Shown here: positions 9,788 to 19,093 of the stretch, one piece after another
How positions within the stretch are numbered: position 1 is the first letter of the stretch
Layout: each line of letters begins with the position of its first letter
IMG/VR virus record: IMGVR_UViG_3300029882_000069
Reading direction: 5' to 3' (one strand)
From: a virus
DNA length: 36,325 bases
Notes under the pieces: generated by a model
Told to the model about the DNA's origin: nothing
The model's input: the letters and a program-made list of their open reading frames with translations, nothing else
The model's database searches: none
Made by a program: the position numbers and the translations under genes

Positions 9788-10203
9788 AAACCATCACCGT
9801 TGATCGTGAGCGCGTCGGCGAGTGGGTGAAAGAGCGCATTGCCCACGTGACGACGTGGGGCGTCGAGTACTGTGCGATGGGCTTTGAAAGGGATGGGAAA
9901 TTACTATGCGGGGTGGTATACAATCACTTCAGTGGTAGCGACATTGCGATGCATGTCGCAGGAACTGGGTATTGGGCTACACCAGCGGCGCTCCGGGTCT
10001 TTTTTTCCTACCCGTTCGACCAGCTCAAGTGCCAACGAGTCACGGCTTACGTTGCTTTCAAAAACGCCAAGTGCCTGACATTGGTGAATCGCCTCGGATT
10101 TGTCCCCGAAGGAAGACTTCGGGAAGGCATGCCGAACGATGATCTGATGGTTTTTGGCATGTTGCGACGTGAATGTCGCTGGCTGGAGAGAAGCAATGGG
10201 TAA
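9784..10203 (+). CDS. GNAT-family N-acetyltransferase, 139 aa (TTG start overlapping the upstream TGA)
   Basis: ...VTAYVAFKNAKCLTLVNRLGFVPEGRLREG... matches the C-terminal GNAT signature (N..s..l.e.lGF..EG.lR). Confidence 0.65.
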   Translation: MKTITVDRERVGEWVKERIAHVTTWGVEYCAMGFERDGKLLCGVVYNHFSGSDIAMHVAGTGYWATPAALRVFFSYPFDQLKCQRVTAYVAFKNAKCLTLVNRLGFVPEGRLREGMPNDDLMVFGMLRRECRWLERSNG

Positions 10204-11083
10204 ATCGTCAAGCCAACCGCAGACGCCCAATCCTTATACGACCGCTGCGGCGCAGACGCAGAGCAACGAGGCGACGGCCCAATTTAACTCGACGCTCAAT
10301 AATTCCAATCAGTACACACCGATGGGATCTTCCACTTGGTCCCAGAACGGGAACGGGCAGTGGACCAATCAGCAAACGATTAACCCGGCCGCTGAAAACA
10401 CGCTGACCCAGCAGCAGGCTGGGCAGGGCATGGCGGCCACAGCGGCGAACAATGCGCTAGGCAATAGCTTGGGGGGTGTTGAATCCCCCATCAATACGTC
10501 ATCGCTTCCCGGCATCCAAGGCAGCGTCAACACCAATTTCGGCCAGCTCGCCAATCAGGCACAGCAAAGTTCCTACAACGCCCAAGAGGCGTTGCTCGCG
10601 CCGCAAATGGCGCAGCAGCAGGAGTCTCTACAGTCGCAGCTTGCCGCTGAAGGCGCTCCGCAGGGATCCACCGCATATAACAACGCGATCAACAATCAGG
10701 CGTTGCAGAACAATTTCACCCAGACGCAGCTCGCGAACAATGCGGTGCAGACGGGCAATGCCATGCAGAACCAGTTATTCGGACAATCACTGAGCGCGGG
10801 GCAGTTCCAGAATCAGGCCAACCAGCAAGGTCTTCAGCAACAAATCGCCCTGCAAGATCAGCCGCTCTCGGTCTATGGCGCATTGAACGGACAAGGCATT
10901 CAGATGCCAAGCTTCGGCAATAGCTCGGTGAATCAGGCCAATTCGTCGCCTACCGATATTTCGAGTGATATCTGGAACGCCTACACGGGCCAGACCAGTC
11001 AGGCAAATGCGCAGACCGCTAGCAATAACGCCACCACCAGTGATGTCGTCGAAGCGGGCGCAATGGCCCTAATGATGTACTAG
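10196..11083 (+). CDS. Q/N-rich internal virion (ejection) protein candidate, 295 aa
   Basis: Internal ATG of ORF 10154..11083. Extreme Gln/Asn/Ala/Ser composition with almost no Lys/Arg. Lies upstream of the SLT protein. Confidence 0.55.
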   Translation: MGKSSSQPQTPNPYTTAAAQTQSNEATAQFNSTLNNSNQYTPMGSSTWSQNGNGQWTNQQTINPAAENTLTQQQAGQGMAATAANNALGNSLGGVESPINTSSLPGIQGSVNTNFGQLANQAQQSSYNAQEALLAPQMAQQQESLQSQLAAEGAPQGSTAYNNAINNQALQNNFTQTQLANNAVQTGNAMQNQLFGQSLSAGQFQNQANQQGLQQQIALQDQPLSVYGALNGQGIQMPSFGNSSVNQANSSPTDISSDIWNAYTGQTSQANAQTASNNATTSDVVEAGAMALMMY

Positions 11084-11096
11084 AGAGGATCTGTCC

Positions 11097-11384
11097 ATGT
11101 CCGTCCCAACCGATTATATGCAGAATATGCTAGCCATGGGCCCGCAGGGCCAAGCTGGCGCGCAGGCTCCAGGCATGGGCCAGCCATCGGGGTATCCCAT
11201 GGCCGCGACCAATCCGCTAACCCAGACGCCCAATATGGCACAGCAGGCCGGTACCTCGGCGCTTCCAGGTGGGGGCATGAGTCCACAGCAGAAGATGATG
11301 ATGGCTCAGGCCCTGATGCAAATGGGCAAGACGCCGCAGACGCAGCCCATGCAGTTGATGCACGGCAATAACACGGGTATGTAA
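11097..11384 (+). CDS. Met/Gln/Pro-rich small virion-module protein, 95 aa
   Basis: GAGAGGA RBS. About 17 Met in 95 aa by hand count. Confidence 0.5.
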   Translation: MSVPTDYMQNMLAMGPQGQAGAQAPGMGQPSGYPMAATNPLTQTPNMAQQAGTSALPGGGMSPQQKMMMAQALMQMGKTPQTQPMQLMHGNNTGM

Positions 11385-11387
11385 CTC

Positions 11388-13052
11388 ATGGCTGACGCCT
11401 CATCCAACCCATTTCCGGTCCTTCCGCAGTATCAGGGTGATTACCTCGATGCTCAGCGGCAGATGGCGCTTGCCCAAGCTTTGCAGCAGCAAGCCCTTTC
11501 ACCCATGGCGTCGGATCAATCGGGCTGGAATCAGATGCGGGTTGTCCCGCGTGCAAGCGCGCTATCGGGACTTTCCAAGCTCGGGGAGGCTCTGGCAGCA
11601 CGAAGCGGCATGAGCAATGCGATCAGCGCGCAGCGCAACGTCGGACAAGAGCAGTGGCAGGGCATGCAACAGATGTTCGCTCCGCAGGGACCGGCTTTGC
11701 AGCAGGGAAGCAACACGTCGCAGGCGCCAGCCACGCCGTCACAGAACGGCGCACAGGCCAACGGGCAGCCATACGGCATGATGCAGCCCGGCCAGCAGGC
11801 ACCGCAGCCTTCGCCTAATCCTCCGCAGTCGCTGGCGAATCAAGGCTCACCGATGAACCCTGCAGGCATTCCAGGATCCGCTGCGGCGATGATGTACATG
11901 CGCGATCCCAATAGCTATTTATCGAATATGGTTGCTCCGTACTACAAACCGACCGACGCCACGTTGATGGCTAATGCCGCAGGCCTCGACCCACGGTCTG
12001 CGAATGCGGCGGCGCTGGCAAAATCGAACAATATTGCGCCCGTGGAGGGTCGTGGTGGCGGCACTACCTGGATGGGAAGTGCAGGTCCTAACGGTCAAGT
12101 AACTTATTCCCCTCATTACAATCAACAAGTCATTCCCGGTGCCATGCCTGTTTATGATGCTAGCGGGAATGTAACCGGGGTTACTCAACTCCCCGGATCT
12201 GCTGGCGTTTCGCAGCAAATGTCCGAAGCCCAAGCTGCCGGTAAAGCCAATCAGACGCTGATTCCTGGCGTAGTCAATGGCATGCCCGGATTTAATACGG
12301 TAGGAAACGTCGTGCGCGGCGTTCAGCCGGGCCAAGGCGCTTCGCAGACTGGCTTCCCCGGCGTTACAGGCCTCGGCGCGCAGCCCACCAGCGGGCAGGC
12401 TGGCGGTTTCGCGCCGGGGCTTCCTGCGGGCTCTGAGGGCATGATCAAGGACTTCGTGGATCGCAACGACGAAGTATCGAATGCGGCTAAAAACGCGCCT
12501 CAAGATATTCAGGCATTCCAAGCCATCAATCAGGCGGCAGCGCAGGCTAAGACTGGCGTCGGATTTGACAGGGCCGCGGCCTGGAAGAGCATGGCATCTG
12601 TCATTCCGGGCATCGATCCGAATGCTTCCGATAAAGTGAACGCGGATATTATCGGCAAATACAGTCAGCAGATCGCGTCTCGCAATGGCGGACGTTCAGA
12701 CGCTGCGCTCGACGCTGCCGTTCACTCCATCACCAACAGCAGCATGTCGCCTGAGGCCATCCATGAGCTGACACCCAGCCTTATCGGCGGCCGCATGGCC
12801 GACCTAGGTAATGCCAATGCGCGGCAACAGTGGTTGCAGGACCACGGAAACGCTCCCGCCTCGCTGATGCAGTACGAACAACAGTGGAATAAGACTTACG
12901 ATCCCGATGTATACCGTTTGCAGGCCATGCAGCCTAATCAGCAGCAGCAATTCATCAAGAGCCTTCCGCCACAGCGGGCCGCTACCTTGATGCAATCGCG
13001 CCAAACCCTGAAGCAGATGGGGGCCATACCCGATTTGCCGCAGGTGCAATGA
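11388..13052 (+). CDS. Q/P/G-rich internal virion protein candidate, 554 aa
   Basis: Long ORF coupled to the SLT gene by an ATGA overlap. Confidence 0.6.
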   Translation: MADASSNPFPVLPQYQGDYLDAQRQMALAQALQQQALSPMASDQSGWNQMRVVPRASALSGLSKLGEALAARSGMSNAISAQRNVGQEQWQGMQQMFAPQGPALQQGSNTSQAPATPSQNGAQANGQPYGMMQPGQQAPQPSPNPPQSLANQGSPMNPAGIPGSAAAMMYMRDPNSYLSNMVAPYYKPTDATLMANAAGLDPRSANAAALAKSNNIAPVEGRGGGTTWMGSAGPNGQVTYSPHYNQQVIPGAMPVYDASGNVTGVTQLPGSAGVSQQMSEAQAAGKANQTLIPGVVNGMPGFNTVGNVVRGVQPGQGASQTGFPGVTGLGAQPTSGQAGGFAPGLPAGSEGMIKDFVDRNDEVSNAAKNAPQDIQAFQAINQAAAQAKTGVGFDRAAAWKSMASVIPGIDPNASDKVNADIIGKYSQQIASRNGGRSDAALDAAVHSITNSSMSPEAIHELTPSLIGGRMADLGNANARQQWLQDHGNAPASLMQYEQQWNKTYDPDVYRLQAMQPNQQQQFIKSLPPQRAATLMQSRQTLKQMGAIPDLPQVQ

Positions 13053-16000
13053 TGGCAATGTCGGATTACACGGGGCAGATCTCTAGTGCGGCTCAACAGG
13101 CGGGTATTGATCCGCGCTTGCTGGCGTCGGTTATCCAGACCGAAAGCTCAGGCGATCCATCAGCCTATAATGCATCGACGGGCGCTGCTGGCTTGGGCCA
13201 GCAGATCCCCGCCACGGCAAAAGCTTTGGGCGTAAATCCGACTGATCCCAGTCAGTCGATCAACGGCGCCGCTCAGCTCCTGGCGCAGAACATCAAGCGA
13301 TACGGTAACGTCGATCAGGCCGTTGCGGCCTATCACGGTGGCACCGACCCGGGCAATTGGGGGCCGAAAACCCAGGATTACGTGCAAAAGGTCTCGCAGA
13401 CATTTCAGGGAATGCCACAGCCTGTAGCACAAGCTTCGCCGCAGCCCACACAAGCTTCCAGTGATCCGCTGGATCAGATGCTGGCTGCGCAGGCCTCCAA
13501 GGGTCAGGCGCAGCAGGGCGCCGCGCCTGCGCCGGCAGACCCACTCGACGCCATGCTGGCCGACCGTGCTCAGGGCGGTTCCGGTGTTCCACGTGGAACA
13601 AATGCTGCCGCTAACAATCTGCTTACCAAGTACGGCGGCTCTCTGAATGCATCCGGCGCATGGATTCCCCCTGCCGCCGATACCGAAAAGGTGGCGGAAA
13701 GTCTGATGTCACCGCAGGAGCGGGCCAGCGCGCAGCAGCTCATGCAGGATGTTCAGGCCCCAGATGCGTCATCACTGATGAATCATGGCTGGCTTGGCCG
13801 TACCGCTGCGGGCATCGGTCAGGGAGCCTTCGATACGGCCCAATCACTAACTAAGGGGCTCGGCTTGGTCGGTAATGAGCTCGGCCTTGTGCCAAATTCC
13901 GATCTCGATACTTTCATGCGCGGTTCCCAGGCGGAGCAGCAAAATTATGGTCAAGCGCGGCAGCAAAACGGTGCGTCTGGCGTCGATTGGGGGCGTATGG
14001 GTGGACAAGTCGCTGCTGCTGGAGGACTTAGTGGAACAGCGGAGGATATTGGACAGGCAGGCCTTCAGGGGCTTGAAAAGCTCGGCTTCCCAGCCTCGCA
14101 GAATGTTCCTACGCGATTGGCTTCCATGGCTTCGACAGGCGTTAAGAACGCAGCTACGGGAGCGGGTGCTGCCGCACTTGCTTCCTCTCAGTCTAGCGTT
14201 CCTACCGGGACTCAGGCTGCTATTGGCGCTGGCGTTGGGCTACTTGCTCCGCCATTTGTTTCTATGGCTGCTGGCGCCTTGGCTAGGCCTCTGAGCGGGC
14301 TTGTTTCAAAGGCTATGGGCGCTGCTCCCGAAGCTGCTGCTGTCGCTCCGGACGTGGCCGCACAGCAAGCCAGCGCGACAATGCAGCAGAACGCACCCTC
14401 CATCATGGATGCGGTGTCAAAGGATGCACAAGGTGGCGTATCGATTGATAAGAGCGCACTGCCGCCCCAAGTGCAGAGCCTGATGACGGGGAACGGGCCG
14501 TTGGCTAACTTGACTCCGGCACAACAGGCTAGGGTGCTGAACTACGAGGCCCTGGGTATCAAGAATTACACGGTGGGTGACGTCACCCGCAATTTTGGCG
14601 ATACCTCGGCAGAGCAGAAGCTGGCCGCGAATACGGTCAATCCGGAGCTTGGGGCGCCGCTTCGTCAGGCCAGTCAGGCTAAGAACGATCAGCTCATGGC
14701 GGCTGCCAATCCCTCTGTTCCCGGGGGTGTTCCGCAACAGGTCATGGGCGCTGCTCCGGTCAATCCCGATGCTCTGGATAGCGCGCTGCGGTCCCATCTG
14801 AAAGCTCAGCTTGGGCAAGCCAATCAGGAGATTACGCAGGCATACACAGCTGCTGACGAGGCTGCAGGTAATGCCCCGAAAGTGGGTATGACGCCCGTGG
14901 TTCAAGCTTTACAGGGCAATCGTAGTCAATTCCTCGCCTCAAGCGACGGTAAAAGCCTGATGAACGGTATTCGGGCCAGGTTGCAGGATTTCCAAGGAGG
15001 GCCACCAAGCGCCGCCAGTCCGCCCCTGATTCGCGATGCCAACGGGGACACCCTGCTGGCACAGGCGGACGTTCCACCGGCTACAACGTTCGCTGACAGC
15101 GAGCGATTCCGGCAATACCTGAATGACGTGTGGTCGCCAGATAACGCACACCTTATCACGCCCATCAAAAATGCCGTGGACCAGGCACAGGACGCGGCCG
15201 GGGCTGGGAAGATTTATGCCCAAGCGCGCAATCTTCGCCAGATGCGGTCAGCCGCGTTTGAAGATCAGTCTGGCATTGCGAACCTCCTCGCCACAAAGCC
15301 CGGTGGCGACCCGCGTATGCCGGTAGGTCAGTTCATCAACAAGTACGTCATGAACGACAATAACCCCGCTGCGCTGAAGCAGGTTGTCAATCAGCTGCAG
15401 CAGGGTGGCGCTGAAGGTCAGAAATTGCTTGGTCAGCTTCGCGCCACCACGATGCAGCAGGCTGTGGATAACTCTATCGGTACGACGCCTGGAGAGAACG
15501 GCATCGGTCAATTCAGTGGGCTAGGATTCTCCAAGCAATTGGGTAAAGTTGGCAGCAACATGGACACCCTTTTCACGCCTGAGCAGCAGAACTACTTAGG
15601 CGCGCTGCAACGCGGCGCTGTCGATCTGACAACGGTTCCAAAGCAGGTCAACCTGTACAACCCCTCAGGAACATCAGGTCAGTTTGGACTTGATGTGTTG
15701 TCGGGCGCAAAACAGCCAACGCTGGCAGGAAAGGCAGGTAAGCTGGCCGTAGACAATCTAGGCGGCATTGGCGGGGCCATTGGCATGATGGGCGGCCCCA
15801 AAGGTGCCGCCGCAGGCTACGCCGCAGGTAAGGCAGCCTCCGGACAGTTCAAGGCCGCAGCAGAACGTGCTGCGGCCAAGGCGCAGGCCGCCCAAGGCGC
15901 GGCAGCCGCTACTCCACTGCAATCCGCTGCAGGCGTCAGCAATGCAGCCCAGGCGGCGGCACAAAAGTCCCGAATGAATCAACTCATCGGCCAGCGCTTG

Positions 16001-16054
16001 GGATCGAATCCCGCGCTCTTAGGCGGCGCAAGTCAACAGGCCAACGGCCAGTAG
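13049..16054 (+). CDS. internal virion/ejection protein with N-terminal lytic transglycosylase (SLT) domain, 1001 aa
   Basis: ...VIQTESSGDPSAYNASTGAAGLGQQIP...AVAAYHGG... matches the E-S / GLMQ / AYNxG family-1 transglycosylase motifs. Size and position are analogous to T7 gp16. Confidence 0.8.
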   Translation: MMAMSDYTGQISSAAQQAGIDPRLLASVIQTESSGDPSAYNASTGAAGLGQQIPATAKALGVNPTDPSQSINGAAQLLAQNIKRYGNVDQAVAAYHGGTDPGNWGPKTQDYVQKVSQTFQGMPQPVAQASPQPTQASSDPLDQMLAAQASKGQAQQGAAPAPADPLDAMLADRAQGGSGVPRGTNAAANNLLTKYGGSLNASGAWIPPAADTEKVAESLMSPQERASAQQLMQDVQAPDASSLMNHGWLGRTAAGIGQGAFDTAQSLTKGLGLVGNELGLVPNSDLDTFMRGSQAEQQNYGQARQQNGASGVDWGRMGGQVAAAGGLSGTAEDIGQAGLQGLEKLGFPASQNVPTRLASMASTGVKNAATGAGAAALASSQSSVPTGTQAAIGAGVGLLAPPFVSMAAGALARPLSGLVSKAMGAAPEAAAVAPDVAAQQASATMQQNAPSIMDAVSKDAQGGVSIDKSALPPQVQSLMTGNGPLANLTPAQQARVLNYEALGIKNYTVGDVTRNFGDTSAEQKLAANTVNPELGAPLRQASQAKNDQLMAAANPSVPGGVPQQVMGAAPVNPDALDSALRSHLKAQLGQANQEITQAYTAADEAAGNAPKVGMTPVVQALQGNRSQFLASSDGKSLMNGIRARLQDFQGGPPSAASPPLIRDANGDTLLAQADVPPATTFADSERFRQYLNDVWSPDNAHLITPIKNAVDQAQDAAGAGKIYAQARNLRQMRSAAFEDQSGIANLLATKPGGDPRMPVGQFINKYVMNDNNPAALKQVVNQLQQGGAEGQKLLGQLRATTMQQAVDNSIGTTPGENGIGQFSGLGFSKQLGKVGSNMDTLFTPEQQNYLGALQRGAVDLTTVPKQVNLYNPSGTSGQFGLDVLSGAKQPTLAGKAGKLAVDNLGGIGGAIGMMGGPKGAAAGYAAGKAASGQFKAAAERAAAKAQAAQGAAAATPLQSAAGVSNAAQAAAQKSRMNQLIGQRLGSNPALLGGASQQANGQ

Positions 16055-16062
16055 GAAATCTT

Positions 16063-16872
16063 ATGGGCTGGAACGGTTCAGGCCAATTTGTTCGCAACTT
16101 CTCATGGGTCAACGATGCGGCGAATAACATCCCCATCACGGCGAGCCGAGTGGATTCGGACACTAACGACATCACCGGAAATGGTTTTGGAAACACGCTG
16201 ACTCGCGACGGCCAAGGTTCGGCGACGGCGAACCTTCCGATGAACGGATTCAAGCATACTAACTGCGCTGTTGGCGTTAATCCTACCGATTACGCCACGA
16301 TGGCGCAGATCAACGTGCTATCACCCCTGGCCAGCCCAGCCTTCACTGGGATCCCTGCGGCACCCACGGCTGCGCCAGGGACGAGCACTACGCAAATCGC
16401 CACCACAGCGTTTGTGGCTGCCGCCCTGGTCAATTATCTACCTCTCACTGGCGGGAATCTGTCAGGCCAGCTCACCGTCAATCGCGGGGTGCTCGGCGGA
16501 ACGGCGGGAAACGCTCTAACGGCGTGGCAGGCCGTCGTTGGGGATGCGAATTCCGACAACATGTATCTCCAAATCGATCGAGTGAATAGCGGATCGACAT
16601 GGACGAGCGCGGCGTGGGGCCTATTTCGCGTGGTGGATAGCAGCGTCTTAGCCACCATCAGCTTCGGCGACGGTAACGGCGACGCTACCTATGCCCTAGG
16701 CCTCGGCTATCAAACGTCGTCGCTGCAATGCTCCACGGGGAACAACTGGCTGTTTACCGCCAGCGCGCAGATTAACGGCACATTTTCCTACGGTGGCGCG
16801 GCGCAACCGCACATTTTCGTCCAATCAGGCACCCCAACTGCGCTAGCGGTTGGCGACCTGTGGTTTGACTGA
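16063..16872 (+). CDS. tail fibre protein, 269 aa
   Basis: AGGAAA RBS. The N-terminus (...DGQGSATANLPMNGFKHTNCAVGVNPTDYATMAQ...SPAFTG.P.APTA) is the classic conserved phage fibre N-terminal motif. Confidence 0.7.
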   Translation: MGWNGSGQFVRNFSWVNDAANNIPITASRVDSDTNDITGNGFGNTLTRDGQGSATANLPMNGFKHTNCAVGVNPTDYATMAQINVLSPLASPAFTGIPAAPTAAPGTSTTQIATTAFVAAALVNYLPLTGGNLSGQLTVNRGVLGGTAGNALTAWQAVVGDANSDNMYLQIDRVNSGSTWTSAAWGLFRVVDSSVLATISFGDGNGDATYALGLGYQTSSLQCSTGNNWLFTASAQINGTFSYGGAAQPHIFVQSGTPTALAVGDLWFD

Positions 16873-17321
16873 TGACGTACGCACGCTGGTCAGGAAGTGC
16901 GTGGGCCGGATTGACCACTTTTAAACGGTGGACGGGATCTGCTTGGCAGACGCTTTCCTTCGGCAAGAGGTGGAGCGGATCGAGCTGGGTCACCTTCGCG
17001 TTTGCGTCCGCTGTTTTGGCGCCTACATCGCTATCGGGGTCATCCGCCGTGGCTGGAGTTATCACGACATCGGGCAGCATAACGTCGGTCACCGTGACAG
17101 GAGGAAGCGGCTCCTACACCTATCTATGGATCGTCAATACGACTTCGGGACCGGCCATCAATGCCAATCTTCCCACCGCCGTGAACACACAGTTTTCAGC
17201 CACGCTCAACGGCGGCAATCCGCAGTCGATTGGAACAGCTGTTTGTCAAGTAACCGATACGGGCACCGGAGCGGTATTCAATACATCCAATGCTTGCGCC
17301 ATCACCCTCACGTTTACGTAG
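16872..17321 (+). CDS. fibre-associated protein with three RW(S/T)GS(A/S)W repeats and an Ig-like C-terminus, 149 aa
   Basis: TGATG overlap. ARWSGSAW / KRWTGSAW / KRWSGSSW at about 14-aa spacing. The GGSGSYTYLW motif is typical of Ig/PKD-like repeats. Confidence 0.55.
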   Translation: MTYARWSGSAWAGLTTFKRWTGSAWQTLSFGKRWSGSSWVTFAFASAVLAPTSLSGSSAVAGVITTSGSITSVTVTGGSGSYTYLWIVNTTSGPAINANLPTAVNTQFSATLNGGNPQSIGTAVCQVTDTGTGAVFNTSNACAITLTFT

Positions 17322-17329
17322 GAGCTGCC

Positions 17330-17734
17330 ATGACACGAGGAGAGCGGAATAATAATCCAGGTAATATCCGGATTGGTCAGCCGTGGCAGGGCTTGGCGAC
17401 CGATCAGACGGACCCGGATTTCTGTCAGTTTACCGATCCGACGTGGGGCATCCGCGCCATCGCCAAAATCCTGCATAGTTACGCTGACGAGGGCGTCATG
17501 ACGCTCAGGCAAGCCATTAACCGCTGGGCACCGTCCACCGAAAACGACACGGGATCGTATGTCGCTGATGTGTCGGCGCAAACTGGCATTCAGGCCGATA
17601 TCACGATTAGCCTGATGGAATATGACGACGTGATGCCCATTGTCAAAGCGATCATCTACCATGAGAATGGCGAGCAACCGTACCCACAGTCCGTTGTTGA
17701 TGCGGGCCTAGCGCTCGCAGGAGTCGTACCATGA
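17330..17734 (+). CDS. putative endolysin / peptidoglycan hydrolase (NNPGNIR-motif family), 134 aa
   Basis: Internal ATG of ORF 16928..17734 after a GGAG. MTRGERNNNPGNIR... is the N-terminal motif I recall from small phage muralytic proteins. It heads the membrane-protein and spanin cassette. Confidence 0.6.
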   Translation: MTRGERNNNPGNIRIGQPWQGLATDQTDPDFCQFTDPTWGIRAIAKILHSYADEGVMTLRQAINRWAPSTENDTGSYVADVSAQTGIQADITISLMEYDDVMPIVKAIIYHENGEQPYPQSVVDAGLALAGVVP

Positions 17735-17967
17735 CCGCGCGACCATGGCTCATCGCCGAATGGAAGCAGTTTATGAAGTTGGCAAGCACATGGGCCGTTC
17801 TGGGCGCGGCAGGGCTTCAGGCGGCTGTGCAGTATTGGCCTGACTTCCCTGATGACCTAAAGCAGTATCTCCCCCACGTCCTCATTAAGGCCTTGGCTTG
17901 GTCGTCTTTCCCGGCCATTGTATTGGCTCGAATCATCAAGCAAAACTCACTCGGCAAGCCGGAATGA
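17731..17967 (+). CDS. holin candidate, 78 aa, two hydrophobic segments
   Basis: ATGA overlap with the endolysin. Hydrophobic stretches STWAVLGAAGLQAAV and ALAWSSFPAIVLARII. Confidence 0.5.
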   Translation: MTARPWLIAEWKQFMKLASTWAVLGAAGLQAAVQYWPDFPDDLKQYLPHVLIKALAWSSFPAIVLARIIKQNSLGKPE

Positions 17968-18230
17968 CGCCTATGCAGACCGATTGGGGTAACTTCCCTT
18001 CGACACTTCTGTTATGGGTGACGGAGTCCATCCTTGGTGGCCTTGTCGTCTCTCATATCGCTCTCTGGATGGCGCACATGAAGTACAAGCTGCACGTGTC
18101 TGAGACCTACGTGAACAAGGTGGAGAACATGAAGACCGATAGGGCCATCGACGACATCCAGAAGACCCTCAAGGATATTCTTGCCATCGTTCACGAGCTG
18201 AAAGGCCGGGCAGCAGGGCACGAGAAATGA
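17964..18230 (+). CDS. membrane protein (holin/antiholin candidate), 88 aa, one TM
   Basis: ATGA overlap. TM segment LLLWVTESILGGLVVSHIALWMA followed by a charged tail. Confidence 0.45.
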   Translation: MTPMQTDWGNFPSTLLLWVTESILGGLVVSHIALWMAHMKYKLHVSETYVNKVENMKTDRAIDDIQKTLKDILAIVHELKGRAAGHEK

Positions 18231-18565
18231 TTGAAGTCACGGAAGAACTCTTGGACCGCATGGAGAAGCTGGCGACCGCCATGCTTGAAAGCCAGCCGAA
18301 AGGAAACAGCAACACCCAGACACTGAACCTGGACGCTGGTGGCAAAGCCCTATGGTTCATTGCCTGCATCTCCACCGTATGCTGCATCGTAATGTTCATT
18401 ATGTCCATGGATCAGAGGGAGACCATTAACATGCTGCGTTCTGATGTCAGCGATGCCACGCGACAATTGGAGGTTGCTCAAGATAAACTGTCGATCATCC
18501 TCCAGTGGGCCCCTAACCTAAGGGATGAAGTCAACCACGAAATGAAAGACAAGGAGAAAAAATAA
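18227..18565 (+). CDS. membrane protein, 112 aa, one TM
   Basis: ATGA overlap. TM segment ALWFIACISTVCCIVMFIMS. Confidence 0.45.
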   Translation: MIEVTEELLDRMEKLATAMLESQPKGNSNTQTLNLDAGGKALWFIACISTVCCIVMFIMSMDQRETINMLRSDVSDATRQLEVAQDKLSIILQWAPNLRDEVNHEMKDKEKK

Positions 18566-18744
18566 TGTCCGTTATCGTCATCGGGGGTGGCCCGCGCCCC
18601 AACGCTCGTATCGTGGGTATCGTCGAAGACGATACCGTGGCACCGGGTTCCTTTGCCATCGTTGATGGAAATGAGCTGGTGGCTATTTTCGCCAAACGGT
18701 CCCACGCCGATGCGCTGCTCCCGCTCATCAAGTCTGGAGATTGA
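18565..18744 (+). CDS. small hypothetical protein, 59 aa (below the ORF-track cutoff)
   Basis: Hand-translated MSVIVIGGGPRPNARIVGIVEDD...LIKSGD*. AAGGAG RBS and TAATG overlap with the upstream gene. Confidence 0.45.
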   Translation: MSVIVIGGGPRPNARIVGIVEDDTVAPGSFAIVDGNELVAIFAKRSHADALLPLIKSGD

Positions 18745-18745
18745 C

Positions 18746-19093
18746 GTGGCTATCCTCCTGAAGCTCAAAGGCTATGCTGAGGTGCTTCTAGCTGTCATCG
18801 TGGCGATAGGAGGCGCTTTCCTTTGGGGTAAACTCAAAGGAGACTCGGCGACCAAAATCAAGGACGTTGAAGCCCAGGCTAAAGCGGTCACGAAAGCCAA
18901 TCAGCAGCAGTCTCAGACGCGTCAGGAGGTGGACAATGCCGTTTCCAAGCTATCCAAGCCAACCGTGCCAGCCCCGCTTCCTACGGCGGCTCAGCAAGAC
19001 CCGCTCGGCCCTGCGGACGCTCAGCCTGTCGCTACTGCTGATCCCCATACTGCTACAGGCATCCTGCGCGACCAGTGGTCCAGTATTGACTAA
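18746..19093 (+). CDS. i-spanin (Rz-like), 115 aa, GTG start
   Basis: N-terminal TM (VLLAVIVAIGGAFLW), then a charged coiled-coil-like periplasmic part. It carries an embedded lipoprotein ORF in the +1 frame. Confidence 0.65.
   Translation: MAILLKLKGYAEVLLAVIVAIGGAFLWGKLKGDSATKIKDVEAQAKAVTKANQQQSQTRQEVDNAVSKLSKPTVPAPLPTAAQQDPLGPADAQPVATADPHTATGILRDQWSSID

Noticed and set aside
5275-17321. A diversity-generating retroelement (BPP-1 style) acting on the fibre genes
   Set aside because: I found no reverse transcriptase ORF and no template/variable repeat pair anywhere in the window.
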